NCBI GenBank assembly: GCA_965205015.1
Contig: OZ242029.1
Span: 2,752,001 to 2,816,000 of the forward strand
Reading direction: 5' to 3'
DNA: 64,000 bases
Source of the DNA: Candidatus Poribacteria bacterium
Lineage (GTDB): Bacteria; Poribacteria; WGA-4E; WGA-3G
The notes below the pieces were generated by a model, which ran no database searches, was not told the origin of the DNA, and saw nothing but the letters and a program-made list of their open reading frames with translations. Position numbers and translations under genes: made by a program. How positions within the stretch are numbered: the stretch's first letter is position 1; each line of letters starts with the position of its first letter. Of the stretch, positions 1 through 9,585 are shown in pieces.

Positions 1-184
1 ATCCCCAATAGATAAAACTGAAGATAACGCCACCGATGCCGACTGCACCGAGGTAATGCGCGGATTCTAACCGCCCCATTAAAGCAGTATCCACAACACC
101 TAGAAGCGGGATGGAAAAATTGCTAATGATATTCGGTAGTGTGAGTCGATAGATTTGCTTATTGATTTCTTGAGGGGTATGCAT
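1..184 (-). CDS. MATE family efflux transporter (DinF-like), 5' part; runs off the window
   Basis: Manual translation of the minus strand from ATG 184: MHTPQEINKQIYRLTLPNIISNFSIPLLGVVDTALMGRLESAHYLGAVGIGG, a typical DinF/MATE N-terminus. Confidence 0.85.
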   Translation of the reverse strand, partial: MHTPQEINKQIYRLTLPNIISNFSIPLLGVVDTALMGRLESAHYLGAVGIGGVIFSFIYWG

Positions 185-401
185 AGAGAGTCCTGTTCTG
201 TCGATGCAGTATAACTTACCACGAACTCAGGTGGAAAGCAAAGGACATTTTATATCAATGAGATTGTGGCATAGGTGTTCACGCGTTGTGATCTTTACGA
301 ATAATAGAGACACTCCAAAAAACAAAGAAAAATTATCTACAGTGCAACAAAATAACAAATCCTGCTCTACACAAAACAGGATTCGTGCGTGCTATATTTT
401 C

Positions 402-492
402 GGGACTTACGCAGCATCCTTTGCTGGCGGGGTTTGAAACCTCACCAGCGGCGTGTGGACCGTAGATCTTCCATAGAAATTGCGTAAGTTCT
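402..492. mobile_element. MITE-like element with GGACTTACGCA/TGCGTAAGTTC ends and an internal REP-like hairpin
   Basis: Inverted termini at 402-413 and 481-492; internal GCTGGCGGGGTTTGAAACCTCACCAGC palindrome. Confidence 0.6.
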
Positions 493-537
493 ATTTTTCT
501 TGTAATTTCACGAGAAATTGAGTATACTATTTAACTA

Positions 538-1410
538 ATGAAAGATTGGTGCTATGCGTTTGCAGCCAAATCAATCGGCTTCTGTGTATCTCGACTGCCG
601 CGCTCGGTGGCATTGGCTATCGGTGGAGGGTTGGGTAAGCTGGTATTCTATCTGGCACCACAGCAGAGGGAGTTGGCATGTGAACACTTACGGTGCTGCT
701 TGACGTTCCCAAGTGAACGCCGAGTCGAAGCAGTGGCGAAACAGTGCTTTGAAAACTTGGGCAAGACTGTGATAGAGTTCATGCAGTTCCCACGCTTGGA
801 TAGGGCGCAGATTCAACGATATGTCACTTTTGAAGGCATCGAGCATGTACAACAAACCCTTGCGCTTGGGAAAGGGGCAATCATTCTAACGGGGCATTTT
901 GGGAATTGGGAGCTTCTGGCTGCCAGCATTTCTGCTACGATTGCGCCGCTCACACCCATAGTTCGTGAATTACGTTCGCCCCGTCTAAACGCCTTAGTCT
1001 CCAGTTACCGAGAGCAAGCGGGGTATAGAACGATTGATAGAGATACAGGGGTGCGCCACGCGCTGCGATGTCTCAAACGGAATGAACTGCTCGGTATTGT
1101 CGCCGATGTGGATACAGCCGTGAGTGGTGTTTTTGTCGATTTTTTCGGTAGGCATGCCTATACACCCTACAGTCCCGTCGCTATTGCCCTCAAAACGGGG
1201 GCGGCGATATTGCCAACGTTCATTATCCGTCAACCCAACGGTTCGCACCACGCAATTATCGAACCGCCCTTAGTGTTGAAACAGACAGATGCGAAAGAAA
1301 AAGACCTTGTTGCTAACACGCAGAAATTCACAAAAATTATTGAATCCTACATCCGACGCTATCCGACGCAGTGGATTTGGATGCATCGTCGGTGGAAAAC
1401 ACAACCGTAG
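538..1410 (+). CDS. lpxL: Lipid A late acyltransferase (LpxL/HtrB family)
   Basis: GHFGNWE motif, FVDFFG, C-terminal QWIWMHRRWK; upstream of lpt genes. Confidence 0.85.
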   Translation: MKDWCYAFAAKSIGFCVSRLPRSVALAIGGGLGKLVFYLAPQQRELACEHLRCCLTFPSERRVEAVAKQCFENLGKTVIEFMQFPRLDRAQIQRYVTFEGIEHVQQTLALGKGAIILTGHFGNWELLAASISATIAPLTPIVRELRSPRLNALVSSYREQAGYRTIDRDTGVRHALRCLKRNELLGIVADVDTAVSGVFVDFFGRHAYTPYSPVAIALKTGAAILPTFIIRQPNGSHHAIIEPPLVLKQTDAKEKDLVANTQKFTKIIESYIRRYPTQWIWMHRRWKTQP

Positions 1411-1996
1411 GGGTTGGGTTACCCGACCCGTACAGATCCTCACACTGTTGTATCTCTGTCTGTTACTTTGCATAATTTGTTGTAAAAATACAGAGACCCC
1501 CGTCAGTGCAACTGATGAACCCGTAGGGACAATCCCGACGCAGAAAGTAGATGGATTTTCTACACAACACACCGAAGCAGGTGTTATCAAATGGACGCTT
1601 GTCGGAGATACCTCAACGTTTCACGGAAGTTACATTGACGTGCAAAATCCGACGGTCCAGATTTTTGAAGACGGTGTTGTTTCTATGACCGTGAAGAGCC
1701 AGAAGGGTAAACAGTTCCTCACGGGGAGCGAGAAAAACAATCTCCATTTCATAGGAGATGTCGTCGGTGTTAGCGAGGATGGCACTTTATATAGTGAGAT
1801 TCTCTATTGGCAAAACCTTGCGGGCAGGTTGTACGGTCCCGATGAAGTCACACTTGTACGTGGAGATTCCACATGGGTCGGAACAGAGATGTATGCAAAT
1901 CCGACGCTCAAAACTGTAAAAATGAAAGATAATCAATTCAAACTTCACCCAAAAGATGAGAAAGCACATGAACACCACGAACCCCCAACTGAATAA
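1289..1996 (+). CDS. lptC: LPS export periplasmic protein LptC (start uncertain)
   Basis: Hydrophobic segment, then beta-jellyroll-like sequence (WTL, LYSEILYW, GTEMYAN); position upstream of lptA-lptB. Confidence 0.7.
   Translation: MRKKKTLLLTRRNSQKLLNPTSDAIRRSGFGCIVGGKHNRRGWVTRPVQILTLLYLCLLLCIICCKNTETPVSATDEPVGTIPTQKVDGFSTQHTEAGVIKWTLVGDTSTFHGSYIDVQNPTVQIFEDGVVSMTVKSQKGKQFLTGSEKNNLHFIGDVVGVSEDGTLYSEILYWQNLAGRLYGPDEVTLVRGDSTWVGTEMYANPTLKTVKMKDNQFKLHPKDEKAHEHHEPPTE
1407..1433 (+). repeat. GTAG-type REP-like palindrome overlapping the lpxL stop codon
   Basis: GTAGGGGTTGGGT-T-ACCCGACCCGTAC; its TAG (1408-1410) is the lpxL stop. Confidence 0.65.
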
Positions 1997-2891
1997 AAGT
2001 AAGCATAAACAGAGATTTCAGTTTCGCAAATTTTGCAATTTTTGTGTGTACGCCGGTTTTCTAACTCTTTTTGTCTGTTTTATTTCACTGACGCTCCGGG
2101 CGGAGGAGACAGAAACGGAAGAAAGCCCATCATCCGTCAGCACTGCGGAAATTCAAACGCCAGAAGACGCTGTCGAACAGAATGGCACTGCTGAAGATAC
2201 GGATACTGCACCAGGAATGACGAAAGAGATAATCACGGGTACATCAAAAAGGATGGAGAGTTATGAGCAGGAAGGCATAACGATTCTTATTGACGAAGCC
2301 AAGACCGTCCGGCGTGATGAGCAGGGAATTGAGATCGGGTTTCTCAACGCTGATAAAATCACCCTCAAGCGCGACTTAGAGACTGGAACAACAAAGGAAA
2401 TTGTCGCTGAGGGCAATGTAGAAATCCGGGATCAAGATATCTTTGCGACCTGTGACCATGCGATCATGAACAATCTGACGAGTACTATTATTCTTCAAGA
2501 TAACGTCGTGGTCTTACAAAACAAGGATCGGCTCGAAACCAAATACTTCACTTTTAATCGGGTGACCGGGAAACAGACTGCCGAGGGTGACGTTAAATTT
2601 AAGGTTACCGTTACACAGGCACAACCGGTAGATGCGGAGGCGGGTGAGGACACCGAAAGCGGCACAGACACCGACGAGGAAAACACTTCTGCAACGACTC
2701 CTGAGGAGACAGAAGATCAGTCCGAAGCGGAAACAGGTACTGATAATGCTGAGGGTGATACAGCAGATGAGCCTGATACAGGTGCTGAAAACTCTGAAGA
2801 TCCGGATTCGGCAGAAGAAACTGATACAGACCCCGAAAACTCCGATGATGCGGATTCAAGCACTGAAACGGAAGAATCCGGGAGCAATTGA
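1956..2891 (+). CDS. lptA: LptA/OstA-like protein with a long acidic C-terminal tail
   Basis: IVAEGNVEI...ATCDHA...IILQDNVVVLQ OstA-like motif; directly upstream of lptB. Confidence 0.7.
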   Translation: MRKHMNTTNPQLNKSKHKQRFQFRKFCNFCVYAGFLTLFVCFISLTLRAEETETEESPSSVSTAEIQTPEDAVEQNGTAEDTDTAPGMTKEIITGTSKRMESYEQEGITILIDEAKTVRRDEQGIEIGFLNADKITLKRDLETGTTKEIVAEGNVEIRDQDIFATCDHAIMNNLTSTIILQDNVVVLQNKDRLETKYFTFNRVTGKQTAEGDVKFKVTVTQAQPVDAEAGEDTESGTDTDEENTSATTPEETEDQSEAETGTDNAEGDTADEPDTGAENSEDPDSAEETDTDPENSDDADSSTETEESGSN

Positions 2892-3634
2892 GGATTGTGG
2901 CAATAGAACTACAAGCACACGGACTCGTAAAACGCTATACACGGCGCGGTCCCATCGTGGTTAACGAGGTGAGTCTATCGGTACAACAGGGCGAAATCGT
3001 CGGTCTGCTCGGTCCCAACGGAGCTGGGAAATCAACGACCTTTTACATGGTGGTGGGTCTGATTCGCCCGAATGCAGGTAGAATTACCTATGCCGATAAG
3101 GACATTACTTTCTACCCGATGTATAAGCGTGCAAGACTTGGCATCGGCTACCTTGCACAAGAAACATCTATTTTTCGTAAACTGACGGTTCAACAGAACA
3201 TTGAGGCAATCCTTGAGGTACAAGGGGTACCAAAATCGGAACGGGAACCTCGCATTCGTGAGTTGACGGACGAACTCGGCATTTCAAATCTGTTACCACG
3301 CAAGGCATATACACTCTCGGGGGGTGAGTGTCGCCGTGCAGAAATAGCACGCGCCCTTGCGGCACAACCTAATTTCATTCTGCTCGATGAACCGCTCTCT
3401 GGAATAGATCCGATTGCTGTCGCGGATATCAAGCAGCTCATTGGCCACTTGCGTGACCGCAATTTAGGTGTGCTCATTACGGATCATAATGCCGCTGAAA
3501 CACTTGATATTGTTGACAGGGCGTACATCATTGTTGATGGAAAGATTACACTCACTGGAACCCCTACAGAACTCATTAACAGTGAGACTGCAAGAGACCT
3601 GTATTTTGGACACAATTTCTCCTATCGGGTTTAA
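2888..3634 (+). CDS. lptB: LPS export ABC transporter ATP-binding protein
   Basis: GPNGAGKST, MYKRARLGIGYLAQE, LSGGE, LLDEP, GVLITDHN; lptB-rpoN synteny. Confidence 0.95.
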   Translation: MRIVAIELQAHGLVKRYTRRGPIVVNEVSLSVQQGEIVGLLGPNGAGKSTTFYMVVGLIRPNAGRITYADKDITFYPMYKRARLGIGYLAQETSIFRKLTVQQNIEAILEVQGVPKSEREPRIRELTDELGISNLLPRKAYTLSGGECRRAEIARALAAQPNFILLDEPLSGIDPIAVADIKQLIGHLRDRNLGVLITDHNAAETLDIVDRAYIIVDGKITLTGTPTELINSETARDLYFGHNFSYRV

Positions 3635-3737
3635 TGGTTGTCGGTTTTCGGTTCGGATTTTTTTCAAAAAATCCTTTTGATTGTCGGAGGAATGGTTGTC
3701 GGAGGAATAGTTGTCAGTAGACCGATAACTGTTAGCT
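3635..3737. repeat. Heptamer-array repeat (GTTGTCG/GTTTTCG/GTTGTCA family)
   Basis: TGGTTGTCGGTTTTCGG...TTGTCGGAGGAATGGTTGTCGGAGGAATAGTTGTCAGT...ACCGATAACTG. Confidence 0.6.
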
Positions 3738-3755
3738 CCGGTAACTAATGATCAA

Positions 3756-5612
3756 ATGTACAAAGCGCAACTTACCCAAACACCCCAATTAACACAGAAA
3801 ACGTCCATTACACCGAGGTTACAGCAGGCACTTAAAGTGCTAAATATGCCACGGCAGGAACTGACACAATTCGTCAGTCAACAACTCGAGCAGAACCCCT
3901 TGTTAGAGCTCGAGGAATTCTTAGAATCCGAAGAAGATGACGACACGCCACACCACACCGAGGAATGGGATACAACACCTGAATGGAATGAACCCGAAGA
4001 AAAAATACTTGCTCCGGAAGATAACACTGTTGATATTGATTGGGAAACGGACTTTGAGGACCGTGTATCTCTCAGTGAACGGATAAATTCCACACACTCG
4101 GACACTGACGAACTCCAATCAGATCCGGCACATGAACGCTCGCTCCACGAGCATCTTGCTGAACAGCTGGAACTTGTCTCACCTGAGGTTATAGCCTCGG
4201 AAACAGAACGCGCCATCGGGGAGCAGATTCTCGGAAATCTAAACGATGATGGGCAATTAGAACTGAAACTGTTTCAAATTCCGTGTGAATTCTTGTCCCA
4301 ACTCGATGAAGAAGAGCTTTCAATAGAACTGCACATTTTTATTCAGAAAAATTTACAATCTGCAACGGGCGACCCTGACGCTCAATTTTCGGAGACTTCT
4401 ACAATTACTGTGGAAGATACAATGACCTCTTCCACAGAAAATGGCGGTATGTCCGCAAATCGGGCGTGGAAAATTAACGACAAAGCGCATAAAAAGAGCT
4501 ATACTATACTATACGAGTATATGCCCGGCACCCAGACGACAGCACTTAATTTTTACCAACTTACGTTGGATGATATTGCCGAAACTGTTGGCTGTGATAC
4601 ATCACTCGTTGAGGCTGTACTCCGTAAAATACAGGATAGTTTTGAACCTCTTGGAATAGCCCATCGGGATGTAAGAGAGGCATTACTGATACAGATTCGC
4701 AATTATGAATCAGCAGTCAGTAAAGAGACGGGGAGGGAAAGCTGGAAGAAAGGAACAATGCGGTGCCTTGCCCAGAAAATCATTGAAAACCACTTTGATA
4801 CTTTTCTGAATCAACAATGGGATTGCATCGCGGAGGCCCTGGGGGTTGACATGCTGACGATTGAAGCAGCCGCGAAGTGGATAGGAAGGCTATCACCTTA
4901 CCCGGGACGCTATTTCGCAGATCCAACGACTCGATTGCTGAAAAAATCCTCTGCAACAGAGAGCATCACACCAGACGTGGAGATACAATATCTCAATGGA
5001 AAATACCAGGCTATCGCTGTAGACAATCACATACCGCGCTTACGGATGAATCCTTACTATGTAAATCTGATGCGAAATGGTCAAAATACCTTGGATGCTG
5101 AAGCAAAAGAATGGATAGAGAAACGGTATCGTGACGCAACGAATTTGCTCAGCAGTCTTGTGCAACGAGGGAGCACAATCGCCCGGGTCACCGAAGAAAT
5201 TTTTGAGGTGCAAACGGAATTTCTAACACAAAGCGTTAAAAGTATTAAACCCCTAACTTTGAAAACAATAGCTGAAAAAATAGGAATTCACGAATCAACC
5301 GTCAGTCGAGTAACAAGCAATAAATATGTGCAAACCCCGCACGGCGTGTATCCCCTTCGGTTCTTCTTTAGTAATGAATTAGCGACTACACAGGGAGACG
5401 GAGTCTCTGCCAAACAGGTAAAAAATCTCATTCAAGAGATGGTTGATGCCGAGGTCCCCTCGAAACCGCTCAGCGATCAAGCAATCAGTAATGCCTTGAA
5501 GGCAAAAGGTATCTTGCTCGCAAGGCGAACCGTTCAGAAATATCGCGATGAATTGGGCATTCCAACATCCCGTAAAAGGTCGGCTGCCCGACCGGATTCT
5601 CGCAGCAATTGA
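3756..5612 (+). CDS. rpoN: RNA polymerase sigma-54 factor with an internal insertion
   Basis: Q/L-rich region I, HESTVSR HTH, RpoN box ARRTVQKYR. Confidence 0.95.
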   Translation: MYKAQLTQTPQLTQKTSITPRLQQALKVLNMPRQELTQFVSQQLEQNPLLELEEFLESEEDDDTPHHTEEWDTTPEWNEPEEKILAPEDNTVDIDWETDFEDRVSLSERINSTHSDTDELQSDPAHERSLHEHLAEQLELVSPEVIASETERAIGEQILGNLNDDGQLELKLFQIPCEFLSQLDEEELSIELHIFIQKNLQSATGDPDAQFSETSTITVEDTMTSSTENGGMSANRAWKINDKAHKKSYTILYEYMPGTQTTALNFYQLTLDDIAETVGCDTSLVEAVLRKIQDSFEPLGIAHRDVREALLIQIRNYESAVSKETGRESWKKGTMRCLAQKIIENHFDTFLNQQWDCIAEALGVDMLTIEAAAKWIGRLSPYPGRYFADPTTRLLKKSSATESITPDVEIQYLNGKYQAIAVDNHIPRLRMNPYYVNLMRNGQNTLDAEAKEWIEKRYRDATNLLSSLVQRGSTIARVTEEIFEVQTEFLTQSVKSIKPLTLKTIAEKIGIHESTVSRVTSNKYVQTPHGVYPLRFFFSNELATTQGDGVSAKQVKNLIQEMVDAEVPSKPLSDQAISNALKAKGILLARRTVQKYRDELGIPTSRKRSAARPDSRSN

Positions 5613-5645
5613 TTTTGGATTCTTGAAAAAAACAGGAGGATCGCA

Positions 5646-6206
5646 ATGAAAGTAACGTACTCGGGACATAATTTGAAAATTACAGATGATATTCACGCGT
5701 ATATCCTCAAGCGTGCCGATAAAATTGAGTCGCGTTTCGACGGGATGCAAGAACTCAATGTCGTTCTCAAATCTGAGAAACACCGGTTTGATGCTGAGAT
5801 GATAGTGACAGCACCCCGTGTGTCCTTCTATGCCAAAAGTGAGACGCATGAGATCCTCTCTGCTCTGGATACTGCTACAGATAAGATAATCAGCCAGATC
5901 CGACGTTACAGGGACCGGGTGAAAGACCGCCGAAAGAATGCCCCGCATCGGGAGGTAGTGGCACGGCTCAATCCGGAGGATATGGAGACACCTCTGGACG
6001 TTGAAGAAAATGATGCCCCTGTTGTCGTGTCAACACAGGATAAATTCGCGTCCAAACCGTTGACGCTCGCGGAAGCTACAACGGAGCTTCAAGCCTCGAA
6101 TTCTGGATTTCTTCTGTTTTTAAATGCCGAAACACGACAGGTAAACCTACTTTATGAAATGGAAACCAAGGGGACTTATGGATGGGTAGAACCCCTCTTC
6201 GCCTAA
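5646..6206 (+). CDS. hpf: Ribosome hibernation promoting factor (long HPF/RaiA)
   Basis: S30AE N-domain plus C-terminal KPLT...FLLFLNAET...VNLLY...YGWVEP; follows rpoN. Confidence 0.9.
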   Translation: MKVTYSGHNLKITDDIHAYILKRADKIESRFDGMQELNVVLKSEKHRFDAEMIVTAPRVSFYAKSETHEILSALDTATDKIISQIRRYRDRVKDRRKNAPHREVVARLNPEDMETPLDVEENDAPVVVSTQDKFASKPLTLAEATTELQASNSGFLLFLNAETRQVNLLYEMETKGTYGWVEPLFA

Positions 6207-6280
6207 TGGTGGCATGTGCCAAATAGCCGTCAACTGTCGGCTATCGGCTGTCAGTAACGAACCGCAAGGAAAATAAAAAA

Positions 6281-8947
6281 ATGGCAAATCTTCCGAAAAT
6301 CTACGCCCCTCAAGAAATTGAGGGGAAATGGTACCAACTTTGGCAGAAAAACGGCTACTTTCATGCAAAGGCACCCTCTGACAAGCCGCCTTATGCTATC
6401 GTGATACCCCCACCGAATATCACAGGCAGTTTACACATAGGACATGCCCTTGATAATACGCTCCAAGATTGCCTCATCCGATGGCGACGCATGCAAGGTT
6501 ATAACGCCCTCTGGATGCCCGGAACCGACCACGCCGGTATCATGACTGAAGTCATTATGGAGCGGAAACTCGCTGATGAGGGCACTAACCGAATCGCGCT
6601 CGGCAGAGAAAGATTTGTCGAACGCATGTGGCAGTGGAAAGAGGAAACCAGCGACTATATCATCTCCCAACTCCAACAACTTGGATGCTCCTGCGATTGG
6701 GAACGTGAGCGATTCACTTATGATGAAGGGTTCTGTAAAGCGGTAAACACCGCGTTTGTTCAACTCTACAATCAAGGGCTCATCTATCGCGATACCGATA
6801 TACAAAATTGGTGTCCACATTGCAACACTGTTATAAGCAACCTTGAAGTTGAACCGATTGAGATAGACGGCAACTTTTATCATATCCGCTATCCGGTTAA
6901 GGACAGTGAGATCGTACTCGAAATTGCCACGACACGTCCCGAAACGATGTTAGGCGACACCGCTGTTGCTGTGCACCCTGAAGATGAACGGTATCAACAT
7001 TTGATTGGAAAAACAGCACTCCTACCGCTCTGCGACAGAGAAATTCCGATAATCGCCGACGCGTATGTGGATACAGAATTCGGGACAGGCGCCTTGAAGG
7101 TTACACCCGCGCACGATACGAATGACTATGAAATTGGGTTGCGACACAACCTCGAGCAGCTCACGATTTTCACGCCGGATGCCTGTATAAACGAAAACGC
7201 CCCCGAAAAATACGTCGGCTTGTCTCGATGGGACTGCCGTAAGCGGGTCGTTGAGGATCTACAGGCGTTGGATTATCTCGTCAAAATTGTCCCGCATCGG
7301 CACGCCGTTGGGCATCATGAACGATGTGGCACGGTTGTTGAACCTGCTATATCACCGCAATGGTTTATGAATATGCGTCCACTTGCCCAGCGCGCCATAG
7401 AAGCAACGAAGAAAGGTGAAGTCAAATTTATTCCGGAGCGGGAGACGGCTCGCTTTTATCATTGGATGGAGAACATCGAACCCTGGCCCATCTCACGTCA
7501 ACGCTGGTGGGGACATCGCCTCCCAATATGGGATTGTAACGCATGCGGCGCCGTCACCGCTGCGATGGAAACCCCGCAGCAGTGCAAGGAATGTGGTGCC
7601 TCCGACTTTCGGCAAGAAGAGGACGTGCTGGACACATGGTTCAGCTCCGGGTTGTGGCCCTTCGCTACTATGGGATGGCCAGAAAATACGGAGGAGCTAA
7701 AAACATTTTACCCGACGTCCGTCCTTGTAACCGGTTGGGATATTCTCTTCTTCTGGGTCTCAAGAATGATTATGCTCGGATTAGGATGTATGAACGAAGT
7801 CCCGTTCCGCACGGTGTATCTGCATGGACTTGTTGCCGATGAAAAGGGACAGAAGATGAGCAAATCCAAGGGAAATAGCATCGACCCTTTAGAGACAATT
7901 GAAACCTATGGAACGGATGCATTCCGATTTGCGCTCGTCAATACAAGCACCCCAATCCCTTATGTCCCGCTTGCAGAATCGCAGATTGAGGCAGGTAAGC
8001 GATTCGCTAACAAAATTTGGAACGCAGCCCGGTTCATTCTGATGAACTTAGAGAAGCATCCTGTGCCCGCAAAAATGGATGCCGTAAAACAGGAAACGTT
8101 AGAAATCGCTTGGATACGGAGCCGTCTTAGCCATACCATTGCGACAACAACGAATGCCTTTGAAAACTTTCGTTTCTATGAAGCGGCACAAACACTCTAC
8201 GCTTTCCTTTGGCATGAATTCTGCGATTGGTACCTGGAATTTGCCAAACAACGAATCTCACAAAATCAACCGGAGGCACTTTGGGTAGCAGCGGATGTTC
8301 TGGAGCAGACAATGCGCCTCCTCCACCCGTTGATGCCGTTTTTGACCGAAGAGATTTGGCAACAGCTCCCGCACGGTGGCGGAAACCGAAGTGAATCCTC
8401 CGAAAAGGGGTCAGTAACAGTTGCCTCATGGCCAGCGTCAATGGGCGAAAATCCGACAGCGGAAGCCACCATGACAACACTCATGGAAGTTATCGAGAGT
8501 GTCCGAAGCATCCGCGGCGAGTTGAATGTTCCGATCGGAGCGTCAGTGGAAGTGCACATCCAAGCGCCAAATGCTGAAGTCCGTGAAGGACTTGAAACGT
8601 ACTTGGCACAGTACTTGCCAGCTCTCACACGTGTGGCAGACATCACGATCGCCGAATCTCTGTCTAAGCCCCGTGCTTCGGCGGAAGCCGTTATCGGTGA
8701 GCTTGCTATCTACATTCCCCTTGCCGATATCATCGATCTGGATGCCGAACACGCCAGACTGAGCAAACGACATCAACAGGCGGTTAAAAATGTCACAGCA
8801 GCGCAGAAGACTTTAGATAATCCGAATTTCCTTCAGCGTGCCCCTGAAAAAGTCGTTGCCCAAAAGAGGGAGCAACTTGAACGGATGTTGACGGAACAAG
8901 AAAAATTAGCGCGGAGTCTCGCGATGCTCGCTGAATCGGAAAATTAA
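6281..8947 (+). CDS. valS: Valine--tRNA ligase
   Basis: PPPNITGSLHIGH, KMSKS, SRQRWWGHR, DTWFSS, C-terminal coiled coil. Confidence 0.97.
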   Translation: MANLPKIYAPQEIEGKWYQLWQKNGYFHAKAPSDKPPYAIVIPPPNITGSLHIGHALDNTLQDCLIRWRRMQGYNALWMPGTDHAGIMTEVIMERKLADEGTNRIALGRERFVERMWQWKEETSDYIISQLQQLGCSCDWERERFTYDEGFCKAVNTAFVQLYNQGLIYRDTDIQNWCPHCNTVISNLEVEPIEIDGNFYHIRYPVKDSEIVLEIATTRPETMLGDTAVAVHPEDERYQHLIGKTALLPLCDREIPIIADAYVDTEFGTGALKVTPAHDTNDYEIGLRHNLEQLTIFTPDACINENAPEKYVGLSRWDCRKRVVEDLQALDYLVKIVPHRHAVGHHERCGTVVEPAISPQWFMNMRPLAQRAIEATKKGEVKFIPERETARFYHWMENIEPWPISRQRWWGHRLPIWDCNACGAVTAAMETPQQCKECGASDFRQEEDVLDTWFSSGLWPFATMGWPENTEELKTFYPTSVLVTGWDILFFWVSRMIMLGLGCMNEVPFRTVYLHGLVADEKGQKMSKSKGNSIDPLETIETYGTDAFRFALVNTSTPIPYVPLAESQIEAGKRFANKIWNAARFILMNLEKHPVPAKMDAVKQETLEIAWIRSRLSHTIATTTNAFENFRFYEAAQTLYAFLWHEFCDWYLEFAKQRISQNQPEALWVAADVLEQTMRLLHPLMPFLTEEIWQQLPHGGGNRSESSEKGSVTVASWPASMGENPTAEATMTTLMEVIESVRSIRGELNVPIGASVEVHIQAPNAEVREGLETYLAQYLPALTRVADITIAESLSKPRASAEAVIGELAIYIPLADIIDLDAEHARLSKRHQQAVKNVTAAQKTLDNPNFLQRAPEKVVAQKREQLERMLTEQEKLARSLAMLAESEN

Positions 8948-8959
8948 AATAGCGAAAAG

Positions 8960-9050
8960 ACCGTGGTTCGTAATGAAATGGAGAGCGGATTCGAGGAAGG
9001 GACGTTACGTCACAAACCCACGACGTTTAACCGCGAGGAAAAATTAAAAA
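8960..9050 (+). repeat. Dispersed intergenic element ending in AACCGC(A/G)AGG-A-rich motif
   Basis: CGTAATG(A/G)AATGGAG...GAGGAAGG(G/A)ACGTTA...CCACG...TTTAACCGC(G/A)AGG shared with 53836-53938. Confidence 0.65.
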
Positions 9051-9482
9051 GTGGCAATTGAAAATAACGATAACTGCTTTGTTTGTGGTATGAAAAATCC
9101 GTTCGGCTTTCAGGTAAAGCCTGAAATTAAGAATGGAGGCGAATTCGTCCATATTGAATGTACGCCTCACGAGCATTTGCAAGGGTGGGCAAACATTCTA
9201 CACGGGGGTATCCTCAGTACGCTCTTAGATGAGGCGATTACCTATGTCGGAATAGGCACCTTTGATCAACCTGCAGTAACGGCGCAGCTCGAAGTCCGTT
9301 TTCGCAATCCGGCACCGACCTGTGTGAAACTCCATGTATGCGCGGAGCGTATTAAGGTTTCAAAAAGATTAGTGGAAGCAAAAGCGAAGGTCACACTTAG
9401 CGATGGCACCCTTATCGCCACTGGCACGGGGAAGGTCATGCCTGTCAATGAGAGTTTCGCACCTAAGGCACCCACTCGGTAA
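9051..9482 (+). CDS. PaaI family hotdog-fold thioesterase
   Basis: CFVCG.KNP.G, QGW..ILHGGILSTLLDE. Confidence 0.9.
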   Translation: MAIENNDNCFVCGMKNPFGFQVKPEIKNGGEFVHIECTPHEHLQGWANILHGGILSTLLDEAITYVGIGTFDQPAVTAQLEVRFRNPAPTCVKLHVCAERIKVSKRLVEAKAKVTLSDGTLIATGTGKVMPVNESFAPKAPTR

Positions 9483-9585
9483 AAAGTCTACAGCAGACTG
9501 ATGTGCCAGCGATATAAGAGGGCGGATCTCCCCTGATTATTGAAGGTCTCATCATCATGGTAATTACATAAATCCTGGTCAAAAA

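Noticed and set aside
204-437. 77-aa ORF
   Set aside because: Lies in a divergent promoter region, ends inside a MITE, and has no protein-like features
4261-4560. Intein in RpoN
   Set aside because: No C/S start, no HN-C/S/T end, no splicing motifs
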